This document shows, piece after piece, positions 33,386 through 42,977 of a stretch of DNA of 64,000 nucleotides (positions are counted from its first letter, which is position 1; each line of letters starts with the position of its first letter). Origin of the DNA: Aggregatilineales bacterium (GTDB lineage: Bacteria > Chloroflexota > Anaerolineae > Aggregatilineales > Ch27); NCBI GenBank assembly GCA_029976005.1, contig JARKOQ010000149.1, positions 1,315-65,314 on the forward strand, given 5' to 3'. Below the pieces are notes generated by a model. That model was not told the origin of the DNA. It ran no database searches and was given only the letters and a program-made list of their open reading frames with translations. The translations under genes were made by a program, and so were the position numbers.

Positions 33386-33635
33386 ACCCGCCGGTACCCA
33401 GGCCGTCGCTCCGGCCGCTGCCGGGATGAGCTGGAAGACCCAGACCTACCTGATCGGGGCCGCCGTGGGCCTGCTGCTCGGCTTGCTTTCGGCGTACCTG
33501 TTCGTGCGCGCCTCCCAGGAAAACGCGAAATTCGATCAGATGCCCCAGAAGGTCAAGACGGGCGACATGATGAAGCTCACGCTCTCCGTGCTGACCCTGG
33601 TCCGCCAGATCGCCGAGATGGGCAACCGGGGCTAA
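33375..33635 (+). CDS. Small membrane protein
   Basis: AGGAG RBS; TM segment YLIGAAVGLLLGLLSAYLFV; overlaps the upstream gene. Confidence 0.75.
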   Translation: MAVKPAGTQAVAPAAAGMSWKTQTYLIGAAVGLLLGLLSAYLFVRASQENAKFDQMPQKVKTGDMMKLTLSVLTLVRQIAEMGNRG

Positions 33636-33731
33636 TCCCTCCCTTTTCCGCCAGCCTCCGCCGGGCGCGCCATCCACGCGCCCGGCGTTCGGTTTTCCCC
33701 GCAAGGCGTCTCCCGGCTTGCACGAGGCCCC

Positions 33732-34928
33732 ATGATCTTCAGCCCGCGCACGTGGCGTGATACCCGGATCGCCGGCCGGCCGTGGCAATGCTGGCGCGAC
33801 TGGCTGCTTCGGGTTGCGATCCTGATCGTGGTGATCTCCCCGCTGCGGGCCGCGCCGCCGCGCCCGGTCGCCACGCCGCCGCAAACCGTCCAGACCACCC
33901 AACCCTTGCTGTGCATGCACACCCGCCTGATCGACGAGGTCGACGAGTGGAAGATTCAGCGCTCGCTCCAGCTCGTCCGCGAGCTGGGAGCCGCAACGAT
34001 CGTCGAATTCTTCCCCTGGGCCTACCTGGAACCCGAGGAAGGCCACTTCGACTGGCGGCAGGCCGACCGGATCGTGGCCCACGCCGAGGCCCAGGGCATC
34101 CGGGTGATCGCCCGCCTGGGGCTGGTGCCCGCCTGGGCGCGCCCCAGCCCGCAGGACACCTTGTTCGGCCCGGCCGGGGAGGAAGGGCGTGGCACCACCC
34201 TCAACTATCTCCAGACGGAGCGCTTCCCGGATTTCGCCCGCTTCGTAGCGGCCTTCGTCAGCCGCTACGCCGGGCGGATCGACCAGGTCATCATCTGGAA
34301 CGAGCCGAACCTGACCTTCGAATGGGGCTACCGGATGGTCAGCCCGGCCGATTACGTGGAACTGCTGCGCCAGTCTTACCTCGCGGCCAAGGCCGCCAGC
34401 CCGGACGTTAGGGTACTGGCCGCGCCGCTGGCCCCCACCCTGGAAGTCGAGGGCAGCCCGTGGGGCCTCGATGACCTGGTTTTCCTGGAGCAGATGTACG
34501 CCGCCGGGGCCGCGCCGTACTTCGACGCGCTGGCCGTACACACCTACGGCTTCACCGAGCCGCCGGAGGCCGAGCCGGGCGAGGACAGGCTCAACTTCCG
34601 CCGGGTGGAGCTGATCCGGGCGATCATGGTCGCGCACGGCGACGCCGACAAACCGATCGCCATCACCGAAACCGGCTGGAACGATCACCCGCGCTGGACC
34701 AAGGCCGTCAGCCCGGCCGAGCGCATCGACTACACCCTCGCCGGCTACGAGTACGCCGAAAACCAGTGGCCGTACGTCGACGTCCTGTGCCAGTGGGTGC
34801 TGCGCTACCCGGCCCCCACTCTGAGCTACCCCGATAATTTCACCTTCCTGACCTCGGACTTCCGCCCGCGCCCGATCTATACCTACCTGCAAGCCTATGC
34901 CCGCCGGGGGGAGCTTACCCGCCCATGA
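33732..34928 (+). CDS. Secreted clan GH-A glycoside hydrolase (GH5/GH39-like)
   Basis: IWNEPN acid/base, FDALAVHTYG and ITETGW nucleophile motifs; N-terminal TM/signal. Confidence 0.85.
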   Translation: MIFSPRTWRDTRIAGRPWQCWRDWLLRVAILIVVISPLRAAPPRPVATPPQTVQTTQPLLCMHTRLIDEVDEWKIQRSLQLVRELGAATIVEFFPWAYLEPEEGHFDWRQADRIVAHAEAQGIRVIARLGLVPAWARPSPQDTLFGPAGEEGRGTTLNYLQTERFPDFARFVAAFVSRYAGRIDQVIIWNEPNLTFEWGYRMVSPADYVELLRQSYLAAKAASPDVRVLAAPLAPTLEVEGSPWGLDDLVFLEQMYAAGAAPYFDALAVHTYGFTEPPEAEPGEDRLNFRRVELIRAIMVAHGDADKPIAITETGWNDHPRWTKAVSPAERIDYTLAGYEYAENQWPYVDVLCQWVLRYPAPTLSYPDNFTFLTSDFRPRPIYTYLQAYARRGELTRP

Positions 34929-35707
34929 GACTTCGCCTGCCGTCTCGCCGGGCGCGCCTGGGAATCGGGCTGGGGCTGCTGGCCGTCGCGGCCGGAGTCA
35001 TGCTGGCCTATCTGCTCCGCGCGCCGGAACGTCCCATGCTGCCCTACGGTGCGCTGCGAGTCGGGATCGATCCCAGCTATCCCCCCTTCGGGCTGGATTT
35101 CGATGGCGAATTGAGCGGCCTGGACATCGACCTGGCGACGGCCCTCGCCGGACGGCTGGATGTCCCGCTGCGCCTCGTCCCGCTGGGTTACGACGGGTTG
35201 TACGACGCCCTGAAAGCCGATCAGGTGGACGTGCTGCTCTCGGCGCTGCGCGTCGATCCGGGCCGCATGGGGGATGTGCACTACACCACCGGTTATTTTG
35301 ACGCCGGACAGGTACTGGTCCGCCCGCCGGAGAGCGGCCTGGACGAGATGTCCGCTATGGATGGGCGCGTGATTGGGGTAGAATTCGGCTCCGAAGGGGA
35401 TCAGACCGCCCGCGCCTGGCAGCGCCGTCTGCGCGTCCTGGACATCCGGCCCTTCGAGACGGCCAGCGCCGCCCTGGAGGCGGTCCACTCCGGGCAAGCC
35501 GACGCAGCCCTGGTGGACGCGATCGCGGCCCGGCTCTGGCTGCGCGACCATCCGGGTCTGGCGATCGCGCCGGAGTATGTGACTCATGATCCCTACGCCG
35601 CCGCCGTCCGGCCGGACAATCCGCGTCTGTGGGAAGCGATCGACGCGGCGATCCAGGCCATGCACGCCGACGGCACGCTCGAAACAATTCTATCGCGCTG
35701 GCTCTAA
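34925..35707 (+). CDS. Amino acid ABC transporter substrate-binding protein (family 3)
   Basis: LRVGIDPSYPPF, GLDIDLA and DGTLETILSRW motifs. Confidence 0.88.
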   Translation: MRLRLPSRRARLGIGLGLLAVAAGVMLAYLLRAPERPMLPYGALRVGIDPSYPPFGLDFDGELSGLDIDLATALAGRLDVPLRLVPLGYDGLYDALKADQVDVLLSALRVDPGRMGDVHYTTGYFDAGQVLVRPPESGLDEMSAMDGRVIGVEFGSEGDQTARAWQRRLRVLDIRPFETASAALEAVHSGQADAALVDAIAARLWLRDHPGLAIAPEYVTHDPYAAAVRPDNPRLWEAIDAAIQAMHADGTLETILSRWL

Positions 35708-35722
35708 TCGATGGGAGAAGGC

Positions 35723-36088
35723 ATGGCACACATCCGCCACACAGACGACTGCAAGCCCCTGGTCAGCCCGCACGGCGAGATCGTGTACGAACTGGCCGGC
35801 CGCGCCGCCGGAGGCGCGACCCAACACAGCGTCGCCCACATCGAACTGCCGCCCGGCAAGGCCTCGCTCAAGCACTTTCACCCGGTCGCGGAAGAAAGCT
35901 ACACCATCCTCAGCGGGACGGCGCGGCTCGTGCTCGACGGCGAAACCTACATCCTGAAACCGGGCCAGTGCGTCGCCATCCAGCCGCCCAACGTCCACCA
36001 GATTTTCAACGACGGGCCGGAAACGCTGCACTTCATCGCCGTGTGCGCCCCGGCCTGGACGCCCGACAACAGCACCTATCTCGACTGA
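35723..36088 (+). CDS. Cupin domain protein
   Basis: HFHPVAEESY..LSG and PPNVHQI cupin motifs. Confidence 0.88.
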   Translation: MAHIRHTDDCKPLVSPHGEIVYELAGRAAGGATQHSVAHIELPPGKASLKHFHPVAEESYTILSGTARLVLDGETYILKPGQCVAIQPPNVHQIFNDGPETLHFIAVCAPAWTPDNSTYLD

Positions 36089-36097
36089 GTGGGTTCC

Positions 36098-36556
36098 CTA
36101 CGGGCGGCGCCGGACTTCGAGCAGCCTGAGGTCGGCGTCATAGCGGAACGTTGCCTCGTACAGCGGGGCATGCAGGTCGAGGATATCCGGCAGAAAGACC
36201 CGGTCGGCCGGCGGCATGGGTAGCGCTGGCACGTCCCCCAGCGCCCACCAGCGCAGCTCGCCTTCGCGCGGGTCGGGCGCGCCGGGCTGCTCGAACCGGG
36301 TGACTGCATAGGCAAACAGGAGCCAGGCCCAGTCCGGGCGGGGTGAGGTCAGGGTCAGCAGCCCGCGCAGGCGCATCTCCCGCGCCTGAATCCCGGCCTC
36401 CTCCCGAATCTCCCGCCGGGCACAGGCGTCCGGCGCTTCACCGGCTTCCAGCTTGCCGCCGGGGGCCGTCCATAGCCCGCGATTTGGCTCCTTGGCCCGG
36501 TGCATGAGCAGCACCGCCCCATCCTTCAGGCAGTAGACCATCGTCGCCAGGATCAT
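36098..36556 (-). CDS. NUDIX hydrolase (8-oxo-dGTPase, MutT/MutX-like)
   Basis: Nudix box GGKLEAGEAPDACARREIREEAG; AAGGAG RBS. Confidence 0.88.
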   Translation of the reverse strand: MILATMVYCLKDGAVLLMHRAKEPNRGLWTAPGGKLEAGEAPDACARREIREEAGIQAREMRLRGLLTLTSPRPDWAWLLFAYAVTRFEQPGAPDPREGELRWWALGDVPALPMPPADRVFLPDILDLHAPLYEATFRYDADLRLLEVRRRP

Positions 36557-36574
36557 GACGGCCACTCCTTTCCC

Positions 36575-36608
36575 ACAACAAAACAGCCTGCCCGGTGAGG
36601 CAGGCTGT
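36575..36608 (-). terminator. Terminator closing the parA-partner unit
   Basis: ACAGCCTGCC/GGCAGGCTGT stem followed on the minus strand by TTTGTTG. Confidence 0.7.
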
Positions 36609-36628
36609 CACGGCATATCGTTGAAGTC

Positions 36629-37915
36629 CTACGTGTTCGAGTCCGCATCCTCGCCCGCGACCGGCTCCGCGATCTGAGCCTCCGGCTCGGTCTGGGTCGA
36701 GGGTTCGCCCGACCGCCGGGGAATCCGGCTCAGCAGGCCCAGGATCGTTTCGTGCCCGTACCCGGCCAGGAAACACACCACCCACAGCAGGAACGGATAC
36801 TGGCCCATCACCGGAGTCTGCGTCGATTCCAGCACCCCGATGCTGACGGTCGAGATGACCGCCACGCCGAACAGCAGGGCCGCCAGCAGGCCGCTCACCA
36901 ACCCCAGCACCGGACTCATCAGGTACCACGACACCTGAGAGGCCTGGAAGCCACGGGCCACCATCAGGCGCGGGGTCAGGTTGAAGCAGGCATTCACCAG
37001 CCCGCCCAGCATCCCAAACAGCGCCGGGTGATAGACGAACGCCAGGGTTTCCAGGCCGAGCGTCTCACTCATGAACTGCCGGAACAGCGGCTCCAGGGCC
37101 ATCAGGACCAGCCACAGGCCGAGAATCAGCAGAAGATAGATCACAATCTGCGGCTTATAACGGGCGATGTCGGCCTGCACCCGTTCCTGAACCGCAAGTC
37201 CGGTCCGCACCTGGGCCAGAATCGCGCGCGCTTCCTCGTAACTCGCCAGGTCCCTGATCGCCAGGCCGCTGGCCCGCTTGAGCTCGAGTTGGAAAGCGTC
37301 GATAGTCTCCGCGTCGGTCAGGGTCGTGCCGGCCAGCGCATCCTGAGTCGCGTGGATTTCCTGAAGCAGACTCTCCAGGCGCTCGTCGGTCACAAAGCGC
37401 GCCAGGACATCAGGGCCGCTCGACGCGCGTATAGGGGCCGCCTGGGCCGCCAGCGGCGCGGCTTCGGAAGCATCCGCCCAGGCTTCTTCCGCCTCGTCGC
37501 CCAGTTCTTCCGGGGCGCGCGGAACCAGGGCGGCTACTTCCGGCCGGGTGACGTACAGCAGCGTCACCGGCCGCCAGGGCCGCGCGGCTTCGGCCGCCGG
37601 GACGGCCTCATATTCGACCACGGAGTCGCTCTGGGCCGGGCCGGACTGCGCCTCGCCGGAAGCCGCTACGCTTTCCGTGCTCGTGGCGGCCATCTCAGCG
37701 CGCGGGCTGGCATGCAGCTTGGCGTACTCAGGGCCGGCCAGCCGGATCGCAGGCGTCTGCGTGGGCGACGTATCCGCCGAGAGCGCGCTCGCTTCCAGCA
37801 AGGGGTCTTCCGAACCCGACACGTCATCCTGGGGAGGCTGTGTGCCGCGCAGGATTTCCCAGCCCTTGCCGAGCACCGACGCTCGCGGCTTGGGTTCCTC
37901 AGGACGGTGACTCAT
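36629..37915 (-). CDS. Membrane protein coupled to parA (ParB-like N-terminal peptide, disordered linker, helical region, about 4 TM)
   Basis: ATG at 37915 overlaps the parA 3' end by 17 nt; N-terminal VLGKGWEIL; C-terminal TM block GMLGG...WYLMSPVLG...FLAGY. Confidence 0.8.
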   Translation of the reverse strand: MSHRPEEPKPRASVLGKGWEILRGTQPPQDDVSGSEDPLLEASALSADTSPTQTPAIRLAGPEYAKLHASPRAEMAATSTESVAASGEAQSGPAQSDSVVEYEAVPAAEAARPWRPVTLLYVTRPEVAALVPRAPEELGDEAEEAWADASEAAPLAAQAAPIRASSGPDVLARFVTDERLESLLQEIHATQDALAGTTLTDAETIDAFQLELKRASGLAIRDLASYEEARAILAQVRTGLAVQERVQADIARYKPQIVIYLLLILGLWLVLMALEPLFRQFMSETLGLETLAFVYHPALFGMLGGLVNACFNLTPRLMVARGFQASQVSWYLMSPVLGLVSGLLAALLFGVAVISTVSIGVLESTQTPVMGQYPFLLWVVCFLAGYGHETILGLLSRIPRRSGEPSTQTEPEAQIAEPVAGEDADSNT

Positions 37916-38669
37916 GGTTGATGATCTCCTGTGCCAGGGCACGGTAAGCCTGGGAGGCCGGGTCGTCCGGGGCGTATTCGAGCACGGGCTGGCCGACGAT
38001 CGGCGCTTCCGCCAGGGCCTCGCTGTACTGGACGATCGTGCTGAACGTGCGCGAGGGGAAGACCGTCCTGATCTCTTGCAGGACTTCCCGCGCATGCGGT
38101 GAGTCGGCCCGGTACAGCGTCGGCAGGACGCCCAGCAGGCGCAGCGACGGGTTGAAACCCTGCTGGATGCGCGCGGCCATGTCCATCACCGCCCGCACCC
38201 CGCGCATCGCCAGGTAATGGCACTGCACCGGCAGCAGGATCTCGGTCGCCGCCACCAGGCTGTTGGCCGTCAGAATATCCAGGCTGGGCGGCGTGTCGAT
38301 CAGAATGTAATCGAAGGGGATGGGGCTGCGCTCCAGGGCCTCGCGCAGGCGGTAGGCATCGCGGCGTTTGGCGCCAATCGTCACCGCCGCCGAGGCCAGG
38401 TCGACGCTGGCGGGAATCAGCCCCAGCCGCCCGCGCACGTTAACCACCAGCCGTCCCACCGAGGACCGCTCCGACATCAGCAGGGAATAGGCGCTGCGGC
38501 GGATGACGTACGGATCGAGTCCCAGCGAGGCCGTCAGCGCCGCCTGAGGATCAAAATCGATCAGCAGGACGCGCCGGTTCTGTTCCGCCAGGGCCGCCCC
38601 AAGATTCAAGACGGTGGTGGTTTTGCCCACCCCACCCTTCTGGTTCACGACCGCCAGTTTTCGAACCAT
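37899..38669 (-). CDS. parA: ParA/Soj family ATPase
   Basis: Deviant Walker A NQKGGVGKTTT, IDFDPQA, DYILIDTPPS and LAEAP motifs. Confidence 0.93.
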   Translation of the reverse strand: MVRKLAVVNQKGGVGKTTTVLNLGAALAEQNRRVLLIDFDPQAALTASLGLDPYVIRRSAYSLLMSERSSVGRLVVNVRGRLGLIPASVDLASAAVTIGAKRRDAYRLREALERSPIPFDYILIDTPPSLDILTANSLVAATEILLPVQCHYLAMRGVRAVMDMAARIQQGFNPSLRLLGVLPTLYRADSPHAREVLQEIRTVFPSRTFSTIVQYSEALAEAPIVGQPVLEYAPDDPASQAYRALAQEIINHESPS

Positions 38670-38711
38670 GTTTATTCTTTCCAAACCAGAATGAAACCAT
38701 AAACAAGCAGG

Positions 38712-38720
38712 AGTATAACA
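38712..38720 (-). promoter_or_regulatory. Extended -10 promoter for parA
   Basis: TGtTATACT on the minus strand about 45 nt upstream of the parA ATG, in an AT-rich gap. Confidence 0.55.
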
Positions 38721-38725
38721 CAGCC

Positions 38726-39169
38726 TCACAAACCGGGCTGGAGCGTCTCGCCAGCCAGACCTTCCCCGGCGGAAAGCCCTAACGGCTCGACCGAAAGCCG
38801 GCCTTCGAAATCCGCGAGTTGGACGCTGCCCGGCGTCAGGTGAAAGACCAGGTAGGCATCCGGCGGGACAAGCAGCGTCACCTCGGCGGTGGACAGGGTA
38901 CCCACCACCGGCCTGCGCTTGAGGACGAGGTAGACCCCTGCCTCGTCCCGTTCCGTGACCCATTCCCAGCCGAACGCCTGGCGCAGGTCACACTCGATCT
39001 GCACCCGCGCCTCCTGAATGCGGCGCACGAGCACCCGGCAGTGGCTGGCCCGCACGAAGACGGTCGTCGGGCCGCGCACCTCGTACGCGGCCACCCTGCG
39101 CTCCCGAGCCAGGTCGGGCAGCGAGCGCACGGCCGACAGAGTCTCCAGCGCGAGTTCGAGCATTCGCAT
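38726..39169 (-). CDS. Hypothetical protein (beta-rich, DUF4097/adhesin-like fragment)
   Basis: GGAGGG RBS; coherent codon usage; family similarity is weak. Confidence 0.65.
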   Translation of the reverse strand: MRMLELALETLSAVRSLPDLARERRVAAYEVRGPTTVFVRASHCRVLVRRIQEARVQIECDLRQAFGWEWVTERDEAGVYLVLKRRPVVGTLSTAEVTLLVPPDAYLVFHLTPGSVQLADFEGRLSVEPLGLSAGEGLAGETLQPGL

Positions 39170-39203
39170 GGTTCGCCCTCCTTCTCCCCCCAAACGGCCG
39201 GAA

Positions 39204-39974
39204 TCAGCCGGGATCAACTCCGGCCAGCCAGCCGCGCACGACTTCGCCCACCCGGCCGGGCTGCTCCAGGGGCACGAAATGCCCGCCGCCTTCCACAACG
39301 ACCAGCGTCGCCGCGCCCATCCGGCCGGCCAGGTCCTCGCCAAGCGCGACCGGCGTCACGCGGTCGCCCCGCCCCACAACCACCAGGGCCGGCATGGACA
39401 GCCCACCCAGCCAGCCGGTCGCGTCGAACCGGCCGCAGGCCAGCAAATCCGCCCGGAGCACCGCCGGATCGATCGCGGCCAGATCAGGCACGGCCGGGAA
39501 GGAACTCGGCATCGGGTCGGAAGCCTCCAGCCGCGCGTCGAACTCAGCCAGCGCCCGCTGAGACTCTGCAACCAGCCCATCCAGAATCGCCGCCGGGACG
39601 GGCAGCCTGGCCCCGCACCCGATCAGAATCAGCCCGGCGACGCACTGCGGCCTCATGCGCGCCATGGACAATGCAATCGCCCCGCCCATGCTGTGCCCGG
39701 CCAGAATGCACCGGCCGAGGCCCAGGCAATCCAGGAGGCCCACCATGTCGCCGGCATAGGCTCCGATCGAGTCACGCCAGGGCGGCGCGCTGCGCCCGTG
39801 ACCCGGCAAATCCGGCGCGATCACCCGCCGGCCGGGCAGCCGGCGCAGGGTCGCGGGCCAGTCCAGGTGGGACCCGCCCGCGCCGTGCACCAGCAGCACG
39901 GGTAGTCGCGGCGACTCTTTCAGGCCCTGATCGGCATACCAGAGGCCGATCTCACCGACCTGGGCAACCGGCAT
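39204..39974 (-). CDS. Alpha/beta hydrolase
   Basis: LVHGAGG, DLPGHGRS, GHSMGG nucleophile elbow and GGHF motifs. Confidence 0.92.
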   Translation of the reverse strand: MPVAQVGEIGLWYADQGLKESPRLPVLLVHGAGGSHLDWPATLRRLPGRRVIAPDLPGHGRSAPPWRDSIGAYAGDMVGLLDCLGLGRCILAGHSMGGAIALSMARMRPQCVAGLILIGCGARLPVPAAILDGLVAESQRALAEFDARLEASDPMPSSFPAVPDLAAIDPAVLRADLLACGRFDATGWLGGLSMPALVVVGRGDRVTPVALGEDLAGRMGAATLVVVEGGGHFVPLEQPGRVGEVVRGWLAGVDPG

Positions 39975-40029
39975 GGCGCGCTATCCCCTGGTTGTGCGAC
40001 GAACGGCGGCAGACCTGCTCATTATAAAC

Positions 40030-40062
40030 AAAATCGCCCTGTCCGGAAAAGACAGGGCGATT
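40030..40062 (-). terminator. Terminator after the SH3-domain gene
   Basis: AATCGCCCTGTC/GACAGGGCGATT stem with a U-rich tail on the minus strand. Confidence 0.7.
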
Positions 40063-40088
40063 GATCTTACCTTCGGTGCGGCGACAGA

Positions 40089-41546
40089 CTAACCGCCGGT
40101 CTCCACCATCACCGGCACGGCGGTGATGTCGCCATCGACCATCTGCGAGCAGCCGCCGCCCAGGGTCGTCCACCCGTTGACCGTCCCGGCGGAAACCTGC
40201 ACCCAGAACATGTCGGTGCTGCGGCCAACCACCTGAAGCGTGGAGCCGGCAGGCAGCACCCGGACCACCGGATAGGACGTCGCCGGGCCGGAGCGCATAT
40301 TCTGGCCGCACGCGATGCCGATGACCGGCGTGCCGGGCGGCACGTTCACCTGGATCGGCCCAGGCGCGTTCGCCGGCGGCGCGGACACCTGGCCGCCCAC
40401 GGTGGTATTACCCAGGTTGACCGTGATCGGCGCGCTGTTCAGGCCGCTGGTGTTCACGTTGATGCAGCGCCCGTTGTATGTCCAGCCGGTCAGGCCGTCC
40501 GGCGTGGTCACGTTCAGCCAGGAAGCATCGTTGCTGCGTGCAACGACGTTCAGCACGGCCCCCGGCTGGAGCACGTCCAGAGTCGCGGCCCCGGTGCTGG
40601 GATCGAGCCGCAGCTTCTGGGAGCAGATCACCGTGACCGTGCCGCCGCCTGCCACGCTGCCAACACTGGCGCTGCCCCCGCCCGGAGCGGTACCGGCCCG
40701 CGCGCCAATCCCTGGCACCTGGAAGCGCCCATCCTCGACAAGCTGGCCGCCGATATACATCTTGACCCGCACGTAATCGCCGCCATCATAGAACAGTTCG
40801 ACCCGGAACTCCGCGTTGGACATGGTTGTGATCAGCCCGCCCGCACCGGGGATTCCGGCCACGCCCAGGTTCACCTGCCCGATCGGAACGCCGCTGTAGG
40901 AGTAGAACTGGTAATTGGTCGAGGATTGCTGGTAGACCACGACTTCCGAGCTGGGGTTGTCGTATCCGCCGTAGACGCGCGGCGCGGTACCGGGCGGATC
41001 AAGCGGCGGGAGCGGGGCGACATAGGGCGTCGTTGTCGTGCCGCCGCCGCTGGGAGGAGGCGTCGCGGGAGCCCCACCGCAATCCGGCAGACTAAGGGTC
41101 TGCGACATGCAGGTCGCGTTAGCAGCGCAGCCCACCGACCAGATATTGTTGTTAAGCGGTCCGTTTACGAAGCTGACGGTCACACTGGTGGCCGGGCCCG
41201 TATGGGTGAACTGGAATGTATAGTTGCTGGGTGTAGAATCGCACAACGCGCTGAAATACGCCGACCCTGAGTCAGCACAGGTGACAAGCTGGTTTGAGAA
41301 TACGGAACTGAAGGTGATCGTGCCAGAGCGCGATGCACTCGCGGGAGTAGCTCCATTCAGACGCACATCGATAATGCAGCTGTTACCCGCATTCAGGCTG
41401 ATGCTTCCGCCGCTAACAATGGCATCGGCCTTGCCCGGTGACATCATCAATGCACCTATGACCAATGCCAGTGCCAACGGCATAGCGAGCAAAATCGCCT
41501 TCTCACGAATGGACGAACTTAAGGCAGATTGCAGCAAGTTGCGCAT
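40089..41546 (-). CDS. Secreted protein with a Cys-rich N-terminal domain and two C-terminal bacterial SH3 domains
   Basis: Signal peptide; SH3b-like LRLDPS...VVARSNDASWL..GLTGW and NMRSGPATSYPVV...VVGRS..WVQV..GW. Confidence 0.82.
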   Translation of the reverse strand: MRNLLQSALSSSIREKAILLAMPLALALVIGALMMSPGKADAIVSGGSISLNAGNSCIIDVRLNGATPASASRSGTITFSSVFSNQLVTCADSGSAYFSALCDSTPSNYTFQFTHTGPATSVTVSFVNGPLNNNIWSVGCAANATCMSQTLSLPDCGGAPATPPPSGGGTTTTPYVAPLPPLDPPGTAPRVYGGYDNPSSEVVVYQQSSTNYQFYSYSGVPIGQVNLGVAGIPGAGGLITTMSNAEFRVELFYDGGDYVRVKMYIGGQLVEDGRFQVPGIGARAGTAPGGGSASVGSVAGGGTVTVICSQKLRLDPSTGAATLDVLQPGAVLNVVARSNDASWLNVTTPDGLTGWTYNGRCINVNTSGLNSAPITVNLGNTTVGGQVSAPPANAPGPIQVNVPPGTPVIGIACGQNMRSGPATSYPVVRVLPAGSTLQVVGRSTDMFWVQVSAGTVNGWTTLGGGCSQMVDGDITAVPVMVETGG

Positions 41547-41785
41547 GATTCGTACTCCCACATGTTCAGGGTGTATGAGCACTCAATGTCGGAATTGATT
41601 CTCTCTCAATTGTAGCACGATTCTTATTGTAGCATGTGGCGCGGTTTTGTCAGGGTTTCTATACAGATCGGGACAGGCATCGGTTGGTCCTGTTCCCCGA
41701 TACCTGCTCATCCAAACACCCCCGACGGTTGCCCACCACAAACTTAGCACAATTTCTTCATGCGCGAAAATGCACCCCGAACAGG

Positions 41786-42967
41786 TCACGCACCCGTGTG
41801 TTGCCCTGTATAGACCCGGATCATCTCCTCAGCCACCTTCGCCCAGGTAAAGCGCGCCCACACGAGACGGCGGCCCTGCTCGCCCATCGCCCACCGCCGA
41901 TCGGGATCGGCCAGCAGCGGCCGCAGCGCATCGGCAATCGGAGGGCCATCCAGCGTCGCCAGGGCCACCCCAGCCCCGGCCTCGATCGCCTCCGGCAGGT
42001 GGCAGCCGGAGCTGAGCGCCACCGGCAGGCCAGACGCCATCGCCTCCAGCGCGACCATCGGCAGCCCTTCCCCCACCGCCGGCAGCACCAGGACGTCCGC
42101 GTCGCGCAGGGCGGCCAGCTTGTCCGGGCCGGTCAGCAGCCCGGTGAACACCACGCGCCCGGCGACTCCGGTCCGATCGGCCTGCGCCCGTAGGATCGCC
42201 GCCTGCCCCTCGTCCGGCCCAACCACGGCCAGCCAGGCCTCCGGCAGGTGGGCCAGCGCCGCGATGGCATGCTGCGCCCCTTTGCGCACATGCAGGCGGC
42301 CCAGAAACAGGAGCAGCGGCCGCCCGGCCGGGATTCCAAACCGCTCCCGAAACAGGCCGCGCGGCCCGTCGACCGCAAACTCGGCCGGATCGATCCCATT
42401 GGGTACGATACTCACCTGCTCCGGCCCCAGCGGCACGCCCAGGCGCGCCCACAACGCGCGAACGTCCTGGGCTTCGTCCGCAGTCAGCGCGGCCACCCGG
42501 TCGATCCGGCGGGCCAGGCGTGCGCCCAACAGGGCATCCCACCCCTGCTTCAGTCCCCCGCGCCCGGCCTCGTACGCCAGCGTACCATGCGGGCTGAGCA
42601 CGGTGGGAACCCCCACCCCGCCCGCCAGCGGCAACCCCAGCAGATTCTCGACCGTGCGCAGTTCGTGCGCGTGGAGCACATCCGCCCCGGCCAGCGCGCG
42701 GCGCAGGACTCCCCGCAGCCCGCGCGGTGAGGAGAGATTGAACTTCAGCAGCGCCGGACTCAGATTGGGACAGCGCAGCACCCGCACGCCGTCGATCATT
42801 TCCTCTCGCCGCGAGAGGTGTTCCCCACCATCCCCCGCGTCGGTCGTGACCACGATCACCTCGTGGCCCTGAGCCGCCAGGGCGGTTGTCAGCCCATAGG
42901 CGGCCCGGACGACGCCGCCATAGCCCCAGGCCGGCGCGTAGTACCGCAACAGGTGGACGATCCGCAT
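41786..42967 (-). CDS. Glycosyltransferase family 4
   Basis: YAPAWGYGG, LSPHG, FLGRLHVRKG and EGLPMVALEAMASG motifs. Confidence 0.92.
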   Translation of the reverse strand: MRIVHLLRYYAPAWGYGGVVRAAYGLTTALAAQGHEVIVVTTDAGDGGEHLSRREEMIDGVRVLRCPNLSPALLKFNLSSPRGLRGVLRRALAGADVLHAHELRTVENLLGLPLAGGVGVPTVLSPHGTLAYEAGRGGLKQGWDALLGARLARRIDRVAALTADEAQDVRALWARLGVPLGPEQVSIVPNGIDPAEFAVDGPRGLFRERFGIPAGRPLLLFLGRLHVRKGAQHAIAALAHLPEAWLAVVGPDEGQAAILRAQADRTGVAGRVVFTGLLTGPDKLAALRDADVLVLPAVGEGLPMVALEAMASGLPVALSSGCHLPEAIEAGAGVALATLDGPPIADALRPLLADPDRRWAMGEQGRRLVWARFTWAKVAEEMIRVYTGQHTGA

Positions 42968-42977
42968 CCGGCCGCGC

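Noticed and set aside
41744..41770. CIRCE-like TTAGCAC half-site
   Set aside because: The second arm (GAGTGCTAA) is missing and no chaperone gene is adjacent.
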